Below, piece after piece: positions 13,171-25,402 of a stretch of DNA of 64,000 nucleotides. The stretch lies in assembly GCA_964252035.1 (NCBI GenBank), contig OZ176207.1; one strand, written 5' to 3'. The notes beneath the pieces are model-generated. The model had not been told where the DNA came from. It ran no database searches and was given only the letters and a program-made list of their open reading frames with translations. The translations under genes and the position numbers were made by a program. This stretch comes from Podarcis erhardii. Its lineage: Eukaryota. Each line of letters starts with the position of its first letter. The stretch's first letter is position 1.

Positions 13171-13323
13171 GGACGTTGGGTAGAGCTGTGGTCTAAACCA
13201 CAGAGCCTAGGGCTTGCCAATCAGAAGGTCGGTGGTTCGAATCCCCATGATGGGGTGAGCGCCCCTGCTGCAACCCCAGAGTCGTCCACAACTGGACCTA
13301 ATGGTCTGGGGTACCTTTACCTT
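13171..13323 (+). mobile_element. Internally deleted Sauria SINE
   Basis: Head and tail only, 15-bp TSD TATATTGGAGGGGAG (13156-13170, 13324-13338). Confidence 0.85.
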
Positions 13324-13408
13324 TATATTGGAGGGGAGCTTTGGGGAAAGGAATTATAGTTATCAATAATGACAATTATTTCTTTGATATTTACTACTTT
13401 CACCAATA

Positions 13409-13625
13409 CAGTGGTACCTTGGGTTACGAACTTAATTCATTCCAGAGGTCCGTTCTTAACCCGAAACCGTTCTTAACCTGAGGCACACTTTTACTAATGG
13501 GGCCTCCCGCTGCCGCCAACACATGATTTCCATTCTCATCCTGGGGAAAAGTTCTCAACCCAAGGTACTACTTCCGGGTTAGCGGAGTTTGTAACCCGAA
13601 GCATTTGTAACCCAAGGTACCAATG
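13409..13625. mobile_element. Tc1/mariner MITE family A (uninterrupted copy)
   Basis: CAGTGGTACCTTGGGTTAC...GTAACCCAAGGTACCAATG with TA flanks; homologous to the copies at 2799 and 24305. Confidence 0.88.
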
Positions 13626-14966
13626 TATTTTCATTAATTTGGTATTACCACATATGGGAGTTTCATATTTCCATTTTTTTAAAAAAATTACCCTATAATA
13701 TGATTTAACTGGGTTGGAAAAACAGCTGGGAGAGGTTTCGCAGCAGCAAATTGTCTACAGGGGAAAGGGTTAAGCAGCAACACCCTCTTACTCTTCATTT
13801 ACTCAAACTTGCAGCTTCCTATGGCTTCCTTTGTGCCAGGTGATATCTAACTGGGCCCTTTTCCCTGGAAAGTGAGCATAGTAATTGCATCCTTAGCTTT
13901 ACAGGAAGGAGAGACAACCCATTTTTTGTTTGGCTTGCCAGACTGGCTTGCCAGAACAATGGGTAGGATTTGCTTGCTTGGGCTATTTGGAATCAGGGTT
14001 GTATTAGACATGACTAGCAATGACCTGAATCTTGGAATGTGGTCCATGCCAAGCAATGGTAGAGTAGATGTGAATGCTCAGCATATCCCCATCTTGCCTC
14101 AACTTTTGGAGCTCAGAGGAGATGGAAAGGGTTTGATAAAGCCACACACCCCACCACCACTGCTCCAATTAAAATTCCTCCCTTCCACTACTTTACACAA
14201 GTTACATTCTCCTAGGCCTAGTTTAACCAAACTTTGCACCAAGTGCTAATCAAAGCCAGAGTGGCACAGGTGGCTACTACTGCCTTGCTGGCAATATTCT
14301 TATTAGTGTGGCCTATAAATATTTAAACAAATAAATACTAATTGTGGTTCAAAATGGCCAGGTGATTTTTTAAAGGTCAGGTTTCAGGTCCAGTCGCTGA
14401 AAGAAAAACCCCACTCAGTGGCTTGAAGGAATGGGTGTGTCAAATTTTGTTTTACAGGTGGAACCTGCATCTTTTTTCATTTTTCATTTATCAGGCGAAA
14501 TTGGATCCTACAGCAGTTTACAATTAAAATCCTTCAAAATATAATGATATAAGCATATGGGAGTGTGGGTGTGTTTGTGTACGGGGAAGTGGGTGTTGCA
14601 GCTCACTGCCCTATTTTTATGGTCCCCCCCCCCCATGTTTTACTATCTTGCAAGTGCCTCTTGTGGTTATCATATTCATGTTTAATTAAAGCGAATTGCA
14701 GAATCTTCCAAACACATGTGCCCTCTTTCCTGATGACTACAACAGATATAAGGATAATTTTTCTTGCATAACAAAAGAAGCTATGTATGATCTAGTTGAG
14801 ATTCCTGTTTTGCAGGGGGTTGAACCAGATGACCCCTTGGGGCTCCCTTCCAATTCTGATTCTATGAAGTTTCACCAAATATTCCAATGTTTGTCAGGTA
14901 GCATACTGAAAAGATGGAGCTGTCCATTGCTGGAAATGAAGATTTCAGGTGGGCAGAGATCTGATC

Positions 14967-16922
14967 TTCTTTGGTGATCACTCCTAGCTGAGTAAGATTG
15001 TCTTCCATAAACACGGTTTTAACAATGAGTCCGTAAGTGACTGTGGAGGCAAATTCTGGATCCACACATCTTTCCACAGTGGGGACATTGGTTTCTGGAC
15101 AGGAGTTGATCATGGTGTGGATTTGCCAAGCGTGCCTTCCTCTTAGCACATTTCTCCCTTTTATCCTGAGTTCGAGTGTCTTAAAAAAACCCATGACACC
15201 TTTGGTAAAGGTTGTTCTCTAATTGGAGCGCTCACAAACAAGTGTTTCCCAATTGTTTATACTACATTTTTAAAAATTTGCCTTGAGACAGTCTTTAAAC
15301 CTCTTTTGTTGATCACAAGCATTGCGCTCTCCATTTTTAAGTTCAGAATAGAGTAGTTGCTTTGGAAGATGATAATCAGGCATCCACACAACAGGACCAG
15401 TCCAACAAAGTTGATGTTGAAGAATCATTGCTTCAACACTGGTGATCTTTGCTTCTTCCAGTATACTGATATTAGTTCACCTGTCTTCCCAAGTGATGTG
15501 TAAAGTTTTTCAGAGACACCAATGATGGAATCTTTCAAGGAGTTGGAGATGGCGTTTATGAGTGGTCCATGTTTCGCAAGCATACAGTAAGATTGGTATT
15601 ACAATAGCTTTATAAACAAGCATTTTGGTTTCCCTGTGAATGTCCCGGTCCTCAAACACTGCACTTCAGTCGGGAGAAAGCCGCACTTGCAGAGCTCAGG
15701 CGATGCTGGATTTTGGCACAAATTTTGGCCCTTGTGGAAAGATAACTACCCAGGTAGGAGAAGTGATTGACATTTTCCAACGTTACACCATTGCGTTGGA
15801 TTTGTGGTGCTGCAGAGGGGTTATTTTGTACTTGTTGGTGCAGCACTTTGGTTTTTTGGATGTTGAGCTTCGTAAGCTTTGTAAGCTTCTGCAAAGATAT
15901 TTAGGATGGTTTGGAGGCCATCCTCTGAGTGTGCACACACTACATTGTCATCAGCATACTGAATCTCTATGATGGAAATTATGGTAACCTTACTCTTTGC
16001 TTTCAGCCTGCTCAGATTAAAGAGCTTTCCATGTGTTCGATATATGATTTCTACTCTGGTGGGGAGTTTCCCTTCGACAAAGTATAGGATAACGGCAATG
16101 AAAATAATGAATAGAGTTGGGGCAATAACACCAATAACACCTGTTTAACACCTGATCCCACTGTGAATGGTTCACTTTGAGAGCCATTGTTATCTGCGAT
16201 TGTTGCTGTCATATTATCATGGAGGAGCTGATTGATGTTCACAAATTTATCTGGGCAGCCAATTTTTAGAAGGACAGTCCACAGGACATTATGATTTTCA
16301 GTGCTGAAAGCCTTAGTCAGATCAATAAACGCCATATACAGGGGTTGGTTTTGCTCTCTGCATTTATCTTATTTATTTTTAAAGAGATTGATAATTTTGG
16401 CATCCCTAAAGTCTGCTGGGATCTCTTCTCTCTCCCAGATTTTTTTAATGAGCTTGTGAAGTTGTTGTGTAAGTTCAATTCCACCCATTTGAAAGACATT
16501 GGCAGGTATCCCATCAGGTCCGCTGGCTTTGTTGTTTTTCATTTGGTTAACAGCTGTACACAACTCTCCCAGATTTGGAGATACTGCAAGCTCATCTCTA
16601 TCTTGGTTTTGTGGAATTTGTGAGAGGACCTCAGCAGCTACGGGGGAGTTGGGCTTAAGGAGATGTTAGTAATGTTCTTTCCAGTGCAGTGCAATAGCTT
16701 CTTTATCTTTTAGAAGTGTAGTACAGTGATTTATTGGCCCGTAGATGGTCTTTGTGGCTTTAAAGAAACTCTGTGCATCATGAGTGTCGGCTAAGTGCTG
16801 GATCTCTTGAGCTTTTTTTATCCACCATGCGTTTCTTAGTTCTCTGCTTCTTTGAACCTCAGCCTTAGCGTTGGCATAGGGTTTTTTTTTTCTTAGTGGC
16901 ACAGTTTCTAACTCTTTACCAC
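14967..16922 (-). mobile_element. Decayed, internally deleted RTE-clade LINE
   Basis: Minus-strand ORF pieces with KASGPDGIP, AFIDLTKAF, HFSYLGSYLS and AKAEVQR...WWIKKAQEIQ. 3' end matches the RTE tail at 20792. Possible TSD ATCTGATC (14959-66, 16923-30). Confidence 0.8.
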
Positions 16923-17739
16923 ATCTGATCCGAAGCGCCCTGTGATCTTTGGACAAAGGGCACCATACAAATTTAATAAACTTATTGCCAGGGAGGAATG
17001 ACAGAGATAGGAAGTTTTCTGCGCAGGTTTAGTCGTGGGTGTGCCGAGGTTGTCACCCGCTCATCGTTGTTTACACGCGTCCTTCCCTCCGTTTATTTCG
17101 GATACGAAGTAAAGCCCTAGTTAGAGGAAGTTCTGCCTGCTATTTGCTATTTGTTTAACCAGAACCACTTCGCAGGGGAATGGCGGGGGGCGGTGTGGGA
17201 AAAAGAATTCATGTGGTGGCAAAGACCTACATCAGGATCTGCTGGCCCAGTGGATCCTGCTGCCTGAGGCAGATGCCTCATCTAGCTTCATTTATGGGCT
17301 GGCTGTTAACGACCCATCATTACTGGTGACATGGCCTTCCAAGGAGGCACATGGAGACCTGGAAACCTTGGGTGCTGACTCAGAGGCAAAGCAGCTTTTT
17401 CAAGGGCATGCTGCCACCTCATGCACCTCTGACATAGGTGGCAACCTATGACGTTGTTGTTGTTTTTACTACATGAGTAAACAAGAGAATCAGTTTCAGG
17501 CTGAAGTGATTACCAAGGCCCAGTTCTGTACCTGAGTAACAGGGCTTCTATGCCCTTTTAAACGTGTTTGTGCGTGTGTTATTGGCTTTTTATTGCTTTT
17601 GTGAGGTAAACTGCGTTCCCTTTTTGCCTTCTTTTTTTTTGTTTTTACGCCCTGTAATCTTCGGGTGGAGGGCGGCATTATACAAATACCACTATTAATA
17701 ATGATGATGATGCTGATGATAATAATAATTTAGCAGGGC

Positions 17740-18440
17740 GGGCCGCGGTCGCTTTGTAAATCTCTGCCATCTCCACCCAGCTGCGCCGGCGGGAAACCGA
17801 GCCAACAGCGAGCGGGAGAAGAAAAAGACCGTACGACCAGCGGCCGTTTCTTTCCCTCACGACCGCTCCCTCCCTACCGCGCGCGCGCGCCCCCGCCCCT
17901 CAACGGTTCGCCGGCCCATCCTTCAACCAAGGTCGCGAAGGCCAATCCCCGATGGAAGACGTCACCCGCGCGCTCTCTCCCGCCCTCCGGGCGCCAGGCA
18001 GCCAATCGTCGCCGAGCCTTCGCTCCCGGCTCTCCAATCGCGGAGCGGAGCCTGCCTCCCCTCCTCTGAATGCCTTCTCTAAAGCTCTGAAGGGTTAGCG
18101 AGTCAGTCGGCTGCAGGCTGTCGGCGGAGTAGGTTGGCGTGGTCCTTTCTCTCCTCCGTCCATCGTTTCTTTCCCGCTGTGCTCCGCTCCTCTCACTCTG
18201 TCGCAGAGATGTCCGGGGCGGTTCTACTGGCGGCGGCCGGCGGGGTCGTCGTCGTCCTGGCCTTCCTGCTGCTGCTCTACATAGTGCTGCCCGTAAGCAG
18301 CCCGAAGACCATGCCGCTTTCTGGCGCCCACGTCGTGGTGAGAGCCCAGCCGAGGTTTCCTGGGGCGGTTTGCGGGGAGGAGGGCAGCGGGTATAGAAAC
18401 GCGACATCCTCCTGCCCTTCGAAACCTTTATTTCCTTACG
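17740..18440 (+). promoter_or_regulatory. KDSR CpG-island promoter
   Basis: CpG-dense stretch over exon 1. GC box CCCCGCCCC at 17891, CCAAT boxes at 17942, 18002 and 18034, GACGTCA CRE-like motif near 17958. Confidence 0.85.
18209..18337 (+). CDS. KDSR: KDSR (3-ketodihydrosphingosine reductase) exon 1, N-terminal hydrophobic anchor
   Basis: ATG 18209 in GAGATGT context; MSGAVLLAAAGGVVVVLAFLLLLYIVLPVSSPKTMPLSGAHVV; donor GTGAGA at 18338. Confidence 0.93.
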
Positions 18441-19020
18441 TTGATCTGTGTATCTCAGTGTAGAGGGAAATAGCAGCTCCCCCCCCCAAAAAAAAAACCC
18501 TCTTCCCCTTTCAAACTGCGCAAGCAAAATTAACACCGTTGCTGAGGAGAGATGTTGTCTCCCCCCCCCCCCGCCAAAAAGGGGAAAAAAGGGGATTCAG
18601 GGATGTAGCGCTTGACTAGTAATTAGAAAAGGGTGTGGAAGGTCTGGGTTATATTTAGCCTGAAGCAAAAGACGTGGTTTTTTGTTTTTTGAGGGGGGGG
18701 TGCCATTGTTTACAATTAGGGAATATTAGGAACGAGCTGGGTTATCTTTTAGATTTCCCCTTCCTGTCTATAGATGCTCCTGTTTAGAAGCAGACTAGTG
18801 GCACAAAAAAAAAAAAAAAAAAGGAAATCGTTAAATAAGATCTTCCTCTCTTTCATATATCTGTTTTATCTCCTGGGAAAAGAAATGTGGGCTGGAAATC
18901 TTGAATTAAACAAGGCGTAATCTCAATTTATGGGTTTAGTAGTGTGTGCTGCAAACTGAATGGCATTTTAAAAAAGAAAAGAAAGAATGCTACTGCTTGG
19001 ATTCAGTACCATATACATTT

Positions 19021-19076
19021 CATAGACTCATAGAGTTGGAAGGGACCTCTGAGGATCATCTAGTTCAACCCCCTGC
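19021..19076 (-). mobile_element. CR1-type 3' tail fragment
   Basis: Reverse complement of GGTTGAACTAGATGATC...CCCTTCCAACTCTATGAGTCTATG, the CR1 terminal octamer-repeat end. Confidence 0.6.
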
Positions 19077-20305
19077 ATTGCAGAAATATGCACCCATACA
19101 GGGGTTGAACCCATGACCTTGGTCTGAGCTATACTAGTTGGTCTTAAGGTAGGGGGTGGGGAACCTGTGGCCCACACTCCAGCATCATGTGGAGGGGCAC
19201 TGGTTCCTCTTTCCTGTCTTAAAGGGACACAACCACATACAAATTGTGCTGATGGTCTTAATGTGTTATTCTCAGTACTGCCTACTAACAAAAGGAGGTG
19301 GAATTCGGGAGTTTACAATATAGATATTATCTCTGTTGAGAGAATAGAGGATTAAGAACCTGTAGCTCCTGGGTTACGGTTTCCGTTGGCCATGCTGGAA
19401 GAGGCTGATGAAAGCTAAAGTCCAGCACCATTTGGAGGGCCACAGATACAGATGTCTACCCTAATGTAGTTGAAAGTCTGGGTTCAAGCCAGTTCATCCC
19501 CCCAGCAGTTGCTCTTAGTTGTGCCCTGTGCCCCTTTGGCCACCATAGAATGCGGTACATTTTATTACATTAGACCATAGCACTGCAAAGCAAGATAGCA
19601 AAATTTAAACTAGATTACAGAATTTACAGAAGTTACCTAAATTATATCTTTATATTCTCCTCCTTTAAAGTGGAGAGGATCCAAGGGGAGCTTGCCACCA
19701 TAATTCATACCCCGTACAGATACGTAAGCTGGTACCTTCTCTGGACAGTAGAGAAGTGGATACATGTGACTTCACAGCAATAACATACCTAAAATGAAGC
19801 TCTATATGTGAAGCATGATTTGTACTATTTATTTTAAGAGGAACAATTCCATGAGTAGACAAATGACATCATGTTATGAAGATGGAGACATGTGCAGAGA
19901 TTCTTGATGTTGGAGCAATTGCTTAATCTGAGTCAAATTCATTATTGGTTCTTTGTTTATAATCTGCACAAATGATGGTGTGAAGCATGTCGTTCATGAA
20001 ACTTATGTAAATGACATAAATAGTGGACTTACAGCCAAGCAATTTAAACATTTTATAGCAGGTCTTCGCCATTTTAGGTTTGGCTGTGTCTGGACGCTTA
20101 ACTGAATTTCTCCTTTCTTGTGCCTATCTTTTTATTTTCTCTTTTTCTGAGGAATTTTGTTCCATGTGTGCAATGGAAGAATCTGGTGTCAGGAGAATGT
20201 TGTCTTTGCTAAATTGAAGAATAGGGATTCTGAGTTGACCTTTGCTACTTATTGGTATGCATATAAAGTCTTGACATGGAGTTATTGCATAAGTAAGCTG
20301 ATAAA

Positions 20306-20662
20306 GAGGGACATGGGTGGCCCTGTGGGTTAAACCACAGAGCCTAAAACTTGCTGATCAGAAGGTTGGCAGTTCGAATCCCCGCGATGGGGTGAGCTCC
20401 CGTTGCTCGGTCCCTGATCCTGCCAACCTAGCAGTTCAAAAGCACGTTGAAGTGCAAGTAGATAAATAGGTACCGCTCCAGCGGGAAGGTAAACGGCATT
20501 TCTGTGCGCTGCTCTGGTTCGCCAGAACCGGCTTAGTCATGCTGACCACATGACCCGGAAGCTGTACGCTGGCTCCCTCGTCCAGTAAAGCGAGATGAGC
20601 GCCACAACCCCAGAGTCGGTCATGACTGGACCTAATGGTCAGGGGTCCCTTTACCTTTACTT
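20306..20662 (+). mobile_element. Full-length Sauria SINE in KDSR intron 1
   Basis: 12-bp TSD TAAGCTGATAAA (20294-20305, 20663-20674); complete head, body and tail. Confidence 0.92.
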
Positions 20663-20791
20663 TAAGCTGATAAAAGAATATGCAAGATTTTTAGTTGATT
20701 TGAAGAATTATTTAGCATGCGGAGCAGCTTACATACTAATATCATATGTCTAATCATTTGATACTATGATTAGACATATGGTACTCAAGAC

Positions 20792-20983
20792 GAAACATGC
20801 TAAAAGGAAGGCACGCTTGGGAAACCCTCACTGTGATCAACTCCCACCCAGAAACATGTGTCCCCACTGTGGAAGGACACGTGGATCCAGAATTGGCCTC
20901 CACAGTCACTTACGAACTCACTGTTAAGACCGTGTTCTTGGAAGACAATCCTACTCGGCTACGAGTGATTGCCAAAGAAGAAG
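20792..20983 (+). mobile_element. RTE-clade LINE 3' end fragment
   Basis: Encodes C-terminal CPHCGRTRGSRIGLHSHLRTH zinc-finger-like motif, (GAA)n tail, 9-bp TSD AATCATTTG (20752-60, 20984-92). Homologous to 14967-15200. Confidence 0.8.
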
Positions 20984-22725
20984 AATCATTTGTGATAAAG
21001 TTGCCTAATAGCAAATAAGCCTTACATCTATCAGAACTTGGAGAGGTATAGCAATCATGTTTAAAGGTAATCCTTTTATCCATAATCCTTCTATCCAAAG
21101 GGTTCACAATGCAGGTCAGTTTCTCATGCACCGTCTCTCATTCCTTCATGCTATATCCTGTAATTCTTCCACTGCCTTTTGTAAGGGCTGAAACTGGCCC
21201 TGCAAGCACTTATCTTCTTTTGTGGACATAAAACTGCACTCCTTTCTTACCAGCAACATCAACACGGATATTGCCACTAGGAAGTGTGGTAGAAACAAAC
21301 TGGAACTTCTTGTCTGCGTAGGAAAGAATTGCTCTGTAACAAACCTCATATTTGCGTTTTAATGGGACATTTTTTACATCCTTCTGTATCCTTGCACCAA
21401 ATCACACTCACAAACCCTCCTTTGGGCTTGTGGATCTATTAACGTATCTTCCAGGGTTTCTAAATGGACATTCAATACCAAAGTATGGAAATGCAAAGCC
21501 TCATTCTCATCATTGCTGTTGCAGCAGAAGAAACCATTTTTGTTTGTTCTTCTAGCCAAGCATTCCTAATTCTGACTAATTCACCTGGTATCAACATACA
21601 AGCTCTTCTAAAGCAGTTGTACAAGTGAGATATTTCTAGTCACACAATTCTTCCCATAAGGAGGACTCCAGCAAAGGATGTCATTTGTTCTTATGGCTTT
21701 AGCCTGTGAAACCACTGGTGAATTTCCTTGAAAGTTTAAGCAGTATATACTTTTTAAATAAAATTTAAAATAACAGATGTGCTGCCTTTGAAATGAGGAA
21801 AATATTATTTTTTAGACTTGAATAGTGAGGGAGAAGAGGTCTTCTTGAGAGATGATACTGAAAGGCTGCTTGTTTACAGGAATGAAAGATTTTGCCACTT
21901 GTGCGTTTTTGATTGGATTTTCCATTGAGTAAGAACCTTTTTTATCCTAGAAGTTGTCCGTACCATGTTCTATCATGTTTTGGACATTGTACAGGAATTG
22001 ATAATCTAGCATGTGAAAAACTGGATCAAGAAGTACACACTGTACTAGGAGCCTCAAATCTGGCACTGCTTGGACATTCTAAGAAACGACAACAACAACA
22101 AAATCAGCACAGTTTTGAAAGGTTCATTCTGCCATCTTATTTTAAATTGTGTCCAATTGTATGCAAACAGAGATGAGAATCTGTACATTTATCTCAGGAA
22201 CCATCATGCAAAAATTGATTACAATATTTTGGGAGCTGTCCAGATGCATAGCAAACAAGTATCCAGAAGTAGTAGAAGTTATGCTGCCTGTGCTTTAACT
22301 TAGGCGAGTTCATTAAATTGCCAATTTACCTAAATTATGATCTTGGTATAGTAATATACCGGAGCTGAAGGGGTATGAGTTTGTTCATAGATGCATCTAC
22401 CCCCTATTTGCCTTCCTCTACCCCCCAAAAAAGTAATCCTTACTGTGTTACCATGCTGAAAGTGAGCTGGGATGTCCATAGACAGCTTGCAGCTTTGTGA
22501 TTGTGGTGGCAATTTCAAAGCAATAGTTGTGGACAGTCGTAACATTAGAAGCTGTCCACATGACACCAAGAGGCATCTCATTACTTACGAAGGGGAAACA
22601 CTATTGCACACATGTGAACAGGCCCAGAGTTTGACCACTCTCTTCTCTAAAAGGCTTATAATTCTAATGTCTATGCTGTCAAGTTTATCAATTTAATCTC
22701 TATGCTTCCCCCCTTCTCTTAAAAG

Positions 22726-22815
22726 GTAACCGGTGGTTCCAGTGGCATTGGGAAATGCGTTGCCATCGAGTGCTTTAAGCAAGGGGCTTTTATAACACTT
22801 ATTGCAAGAAATGAG
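22726..22815 (+). CDS. KDSR: KDSR exon 2 (Rossmann TGxxxGxG motif)
   Basis: AG/GT bounded, 90 nt, [30 protein letters not shown]. Confidence 0.97.
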
Positions 22816-23158
22816 GTAAATTTCTAGCATGCTTATTTAACAGTTATGATGCCCTGAAGCTGTTAATGAAAGGGTTTGAAGCAACAGTAATTATAACTAA
22901 AGCCCTAGTATTTAATTAAATAGTTAAAATCCTTGGCTCCAATCCTACTAAAGTTCACCAAATTTGAAAGCAACAGGGCTTAAATTAGTGATTACTGTAC
23001 TAATTTTATCTGGATTGGGGCCTATTTGTTTCTCCAGAATAAATAAATAAATGACTGTTAGAGTTTGAATACAGTGTTTGAGTTAGCGAGAGTATTAAGC
23101 CAAAGCCAAACTGCTTATTCTATTGGCTATTCCATTTATAACCATTTACCTATGGTTG

Positions 23159-23294
23159 TGGGGTGTGGGGAACCTTTTCTCCTCCAGATGTAGTTGAATG
23201 ACAACTCCTATTCCAGCAAGCATGGCCAGTGGCCCAGGGATAAAGGGAGGTGTCGTTCAGCAACATCTGGAGCACCAAAGTTTCCTCACACCTG
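23159..23294. mobile_element. Old hAT-type fold-back MITE
   Basis: Degenerate GTGGGGAAC...GTTTCCTCAC termini and CTCCAGATGT/ACATCTGGAG internal inverted motifs shared with 29004 and 34225. Confidence 0.55.
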
Positions 23295-24396
23295 GCCTGT
23301 AGATTCAGAGGCACTCTAACCATTTCTTCAGGAAAGTGGGATATGAGCAGCATTCATGTTTATAAATTGTTTTCTGCTTTGCTAGTATCTTGGATATTGC
23401 ACCAAAGCAGAGAGTAATACTCCCACTTTTTGCACTCTTTTCTACTGTGAACATCTGAAAGGGGAATTTACTTGCATATCCCCTCTCTTCTGCTTAATAC
23501 ACTCAAAGCCATCCTTGGTTTGTTTCTAAAGTTTTCTAGTATAACAGAGTACAAAATATAGAATTCCAATCTTTGGAATTCGGAGAAGCAACAAGCTTTA
23601 AAGCAAGATTAATATTTAAGTCTTGCAGTTAGCTGATACATAAAATATTTGTTGGTAAGTAAGCTGAAATAGCTTTTTTTCTCTGTATTGTTTTGATTGA
23701 GGGTGTGCTGCTTGTAAGCTGCCATTTATTTTATTCTAAGCATCTATAACCCACCTTTCTATGATAAAATCAAATGCAAAGCAGTTTACAAATAAAATAG
23801 AAGTCATTAAAATTTAAATTGTTTTATTGTCTGGTTAGTTTTCAAGCAGCAGTAAAAGAAAAAAATAATAGAAACCAGCAGATAAGCTAAGAGCCTGTCA
23901 AGAGGCTCAACTAAAAAATTCCACCAAAGTAGAACACTTAACGGGAGTTTGGTCTTCAAGGCTGTGTGTGTGAAGTTAAAATGGTATGTGGGAAATTATC
24001 TTGAGCAGTGATAGCCAGAATTGCAGTTCTTCCATTTCTTAACAGGAGTTTGCATAGAGTCCCATGAGGGCATGGTGTCAGCAGTAGGCTGACAAATGTT
24101 TTTTGTTAAAAGAATTCAGTTACCTGCCTGAATTCTTGTAACTAGTACATGTGTGCACTGGGAAGTTTTACTAATCTTTACTTATCTTGTAATGCAATAC
24201 ACTTAGTATCTTGGGATGTGCTAGACTAAGAACTAAGTGTTGTATCCAGTGAAGTCATCCCATTAATGCAAGGATTCCCACCTGTGCAACAGGACTTCTG
24301 CATACAGTGGTACCTCAGGTTAAGAACTTAATTTGTTCTGGAGGTCCGTTCTTAACCTTCCAGTAGCACCTTAAAGACCAACTGAGTTAGTTCTAG

Positions 24397-24434
24397 GTAT
24401 GAGCTTTCGTGTGCATGCACACTTCTTCAGATAC
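24397..24434 (-). ncRNA. Minimal type I hammerhead ribozyme motif (PLE pseudo-LTR), antisense copy
   Basis: Exact reverse complement of 26270-26307. Confidence 0.7.
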
Positions 24435-24614
24435 ACTGAAACAGAAGTCACCGGACCTTTCTATATAGTGAGAAGGTGGGGAGGGGTATTACTCAGAAGG
24501 GTGGTGGGAATGGGTGATTGGCAGATAGCTGCGATGAGCCTGTTGACGACTCTTAATGACTGCAATAGGTCTAACAGGAAAAAGCAAGGGGTGAGAAGGT
24601 GAAAAATGGCTTTG

Positions 24615-25402
24615 TCATGTATAATGAGATAAGAATCCAATGTCTTTGTTCAAACCAGGTCTCTCCATAGTTTTAAGTTTGGTGATAAGTTGCAATTCAG
24701 CAGCTTCTCTTTCCAGTCTATTTCTGAAATTCCTTTGTAATAGAACAGCTACTTTGAGATCTTGTATAGAATGTCCTGGGAGATTGAAGTGTTCTCCTAC
24801 TGGTTTCTCTGTCTTGTGATTCCTGATGTCCGATTTATGTCCGTTTATTCTTTGGCGTAAGGTCTGGCCTGTTTGTCCAATATAGAGAGCTGAAGGACAC
24901 TGTTGGCATTTTATGGCATACACAATGTTAGACGATGAGCAATTAAATAGTCCCGAGATGGTATGTGTGATGTTGTTGGGGCCAGTAATGGTGTTGTCCG
25001 GGTGTATGTGGCAGCAAAGTTGGCATCTGGGTTTATTGCAGGCTCTGGTGCCAGTGTCCGTGTTAAGTCTGGTTATAGTATTATTGTGGGTTAGGAGTTG
25101 TTTAAGATTGGGGGGCTGTCTGGAGGCAATGAAAGGTCTTCCTCCCAGAGCTTGAGAAAGAGAACTGTCATTGTCCAGGAGAGGTTGTAGATCTCTGATG
25201 ATGCGTTGTACTGTTTTAACTTGGGAGCTGTATGTGATGACTAGAGGTGTTCTGTTATTTTCTTTTTTGGGTCTGTCTTGCAGCAAGTTCTCTCTGGGTA
25301 TCAGTCTGGCTCTGTTGATCTGTTGTCTAACTTCATCTGCTGGGTATTTTAGTTCTAAAAAGGTTTGCTGTAGATCTCTTAGGTGAGAGTCTCTGTCTGT
25401 AG
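24615..25402 (-). pseudogene. C-terminal part of the PLE polyprotein (RT thumb/linker + GIY-YIG endonuclease)
   Basis: Open frame STDRDSHLRDLQQTF...IVYAIKCQQCPSALYIGQTGQTLRQRINGHKSDI...GLNKDIGFLSHYT-stop. The RT core and start are absent. Confidence 0.85.

Noticed and set aside
18209-18260. KDSR N-terminus about 7 aa longer than human; exon 8 starts with Ile where human has Pro
   Set aside because: Ordinary orthologue divergence; catalytic and cofactor motifs are intact.
17874-18536. 220-aa antisense ORF over KDSR exon 1
   Set aside because: R/P/G/A-rich low-complexity product typical of stop-poor CpG islands; no domain motif.
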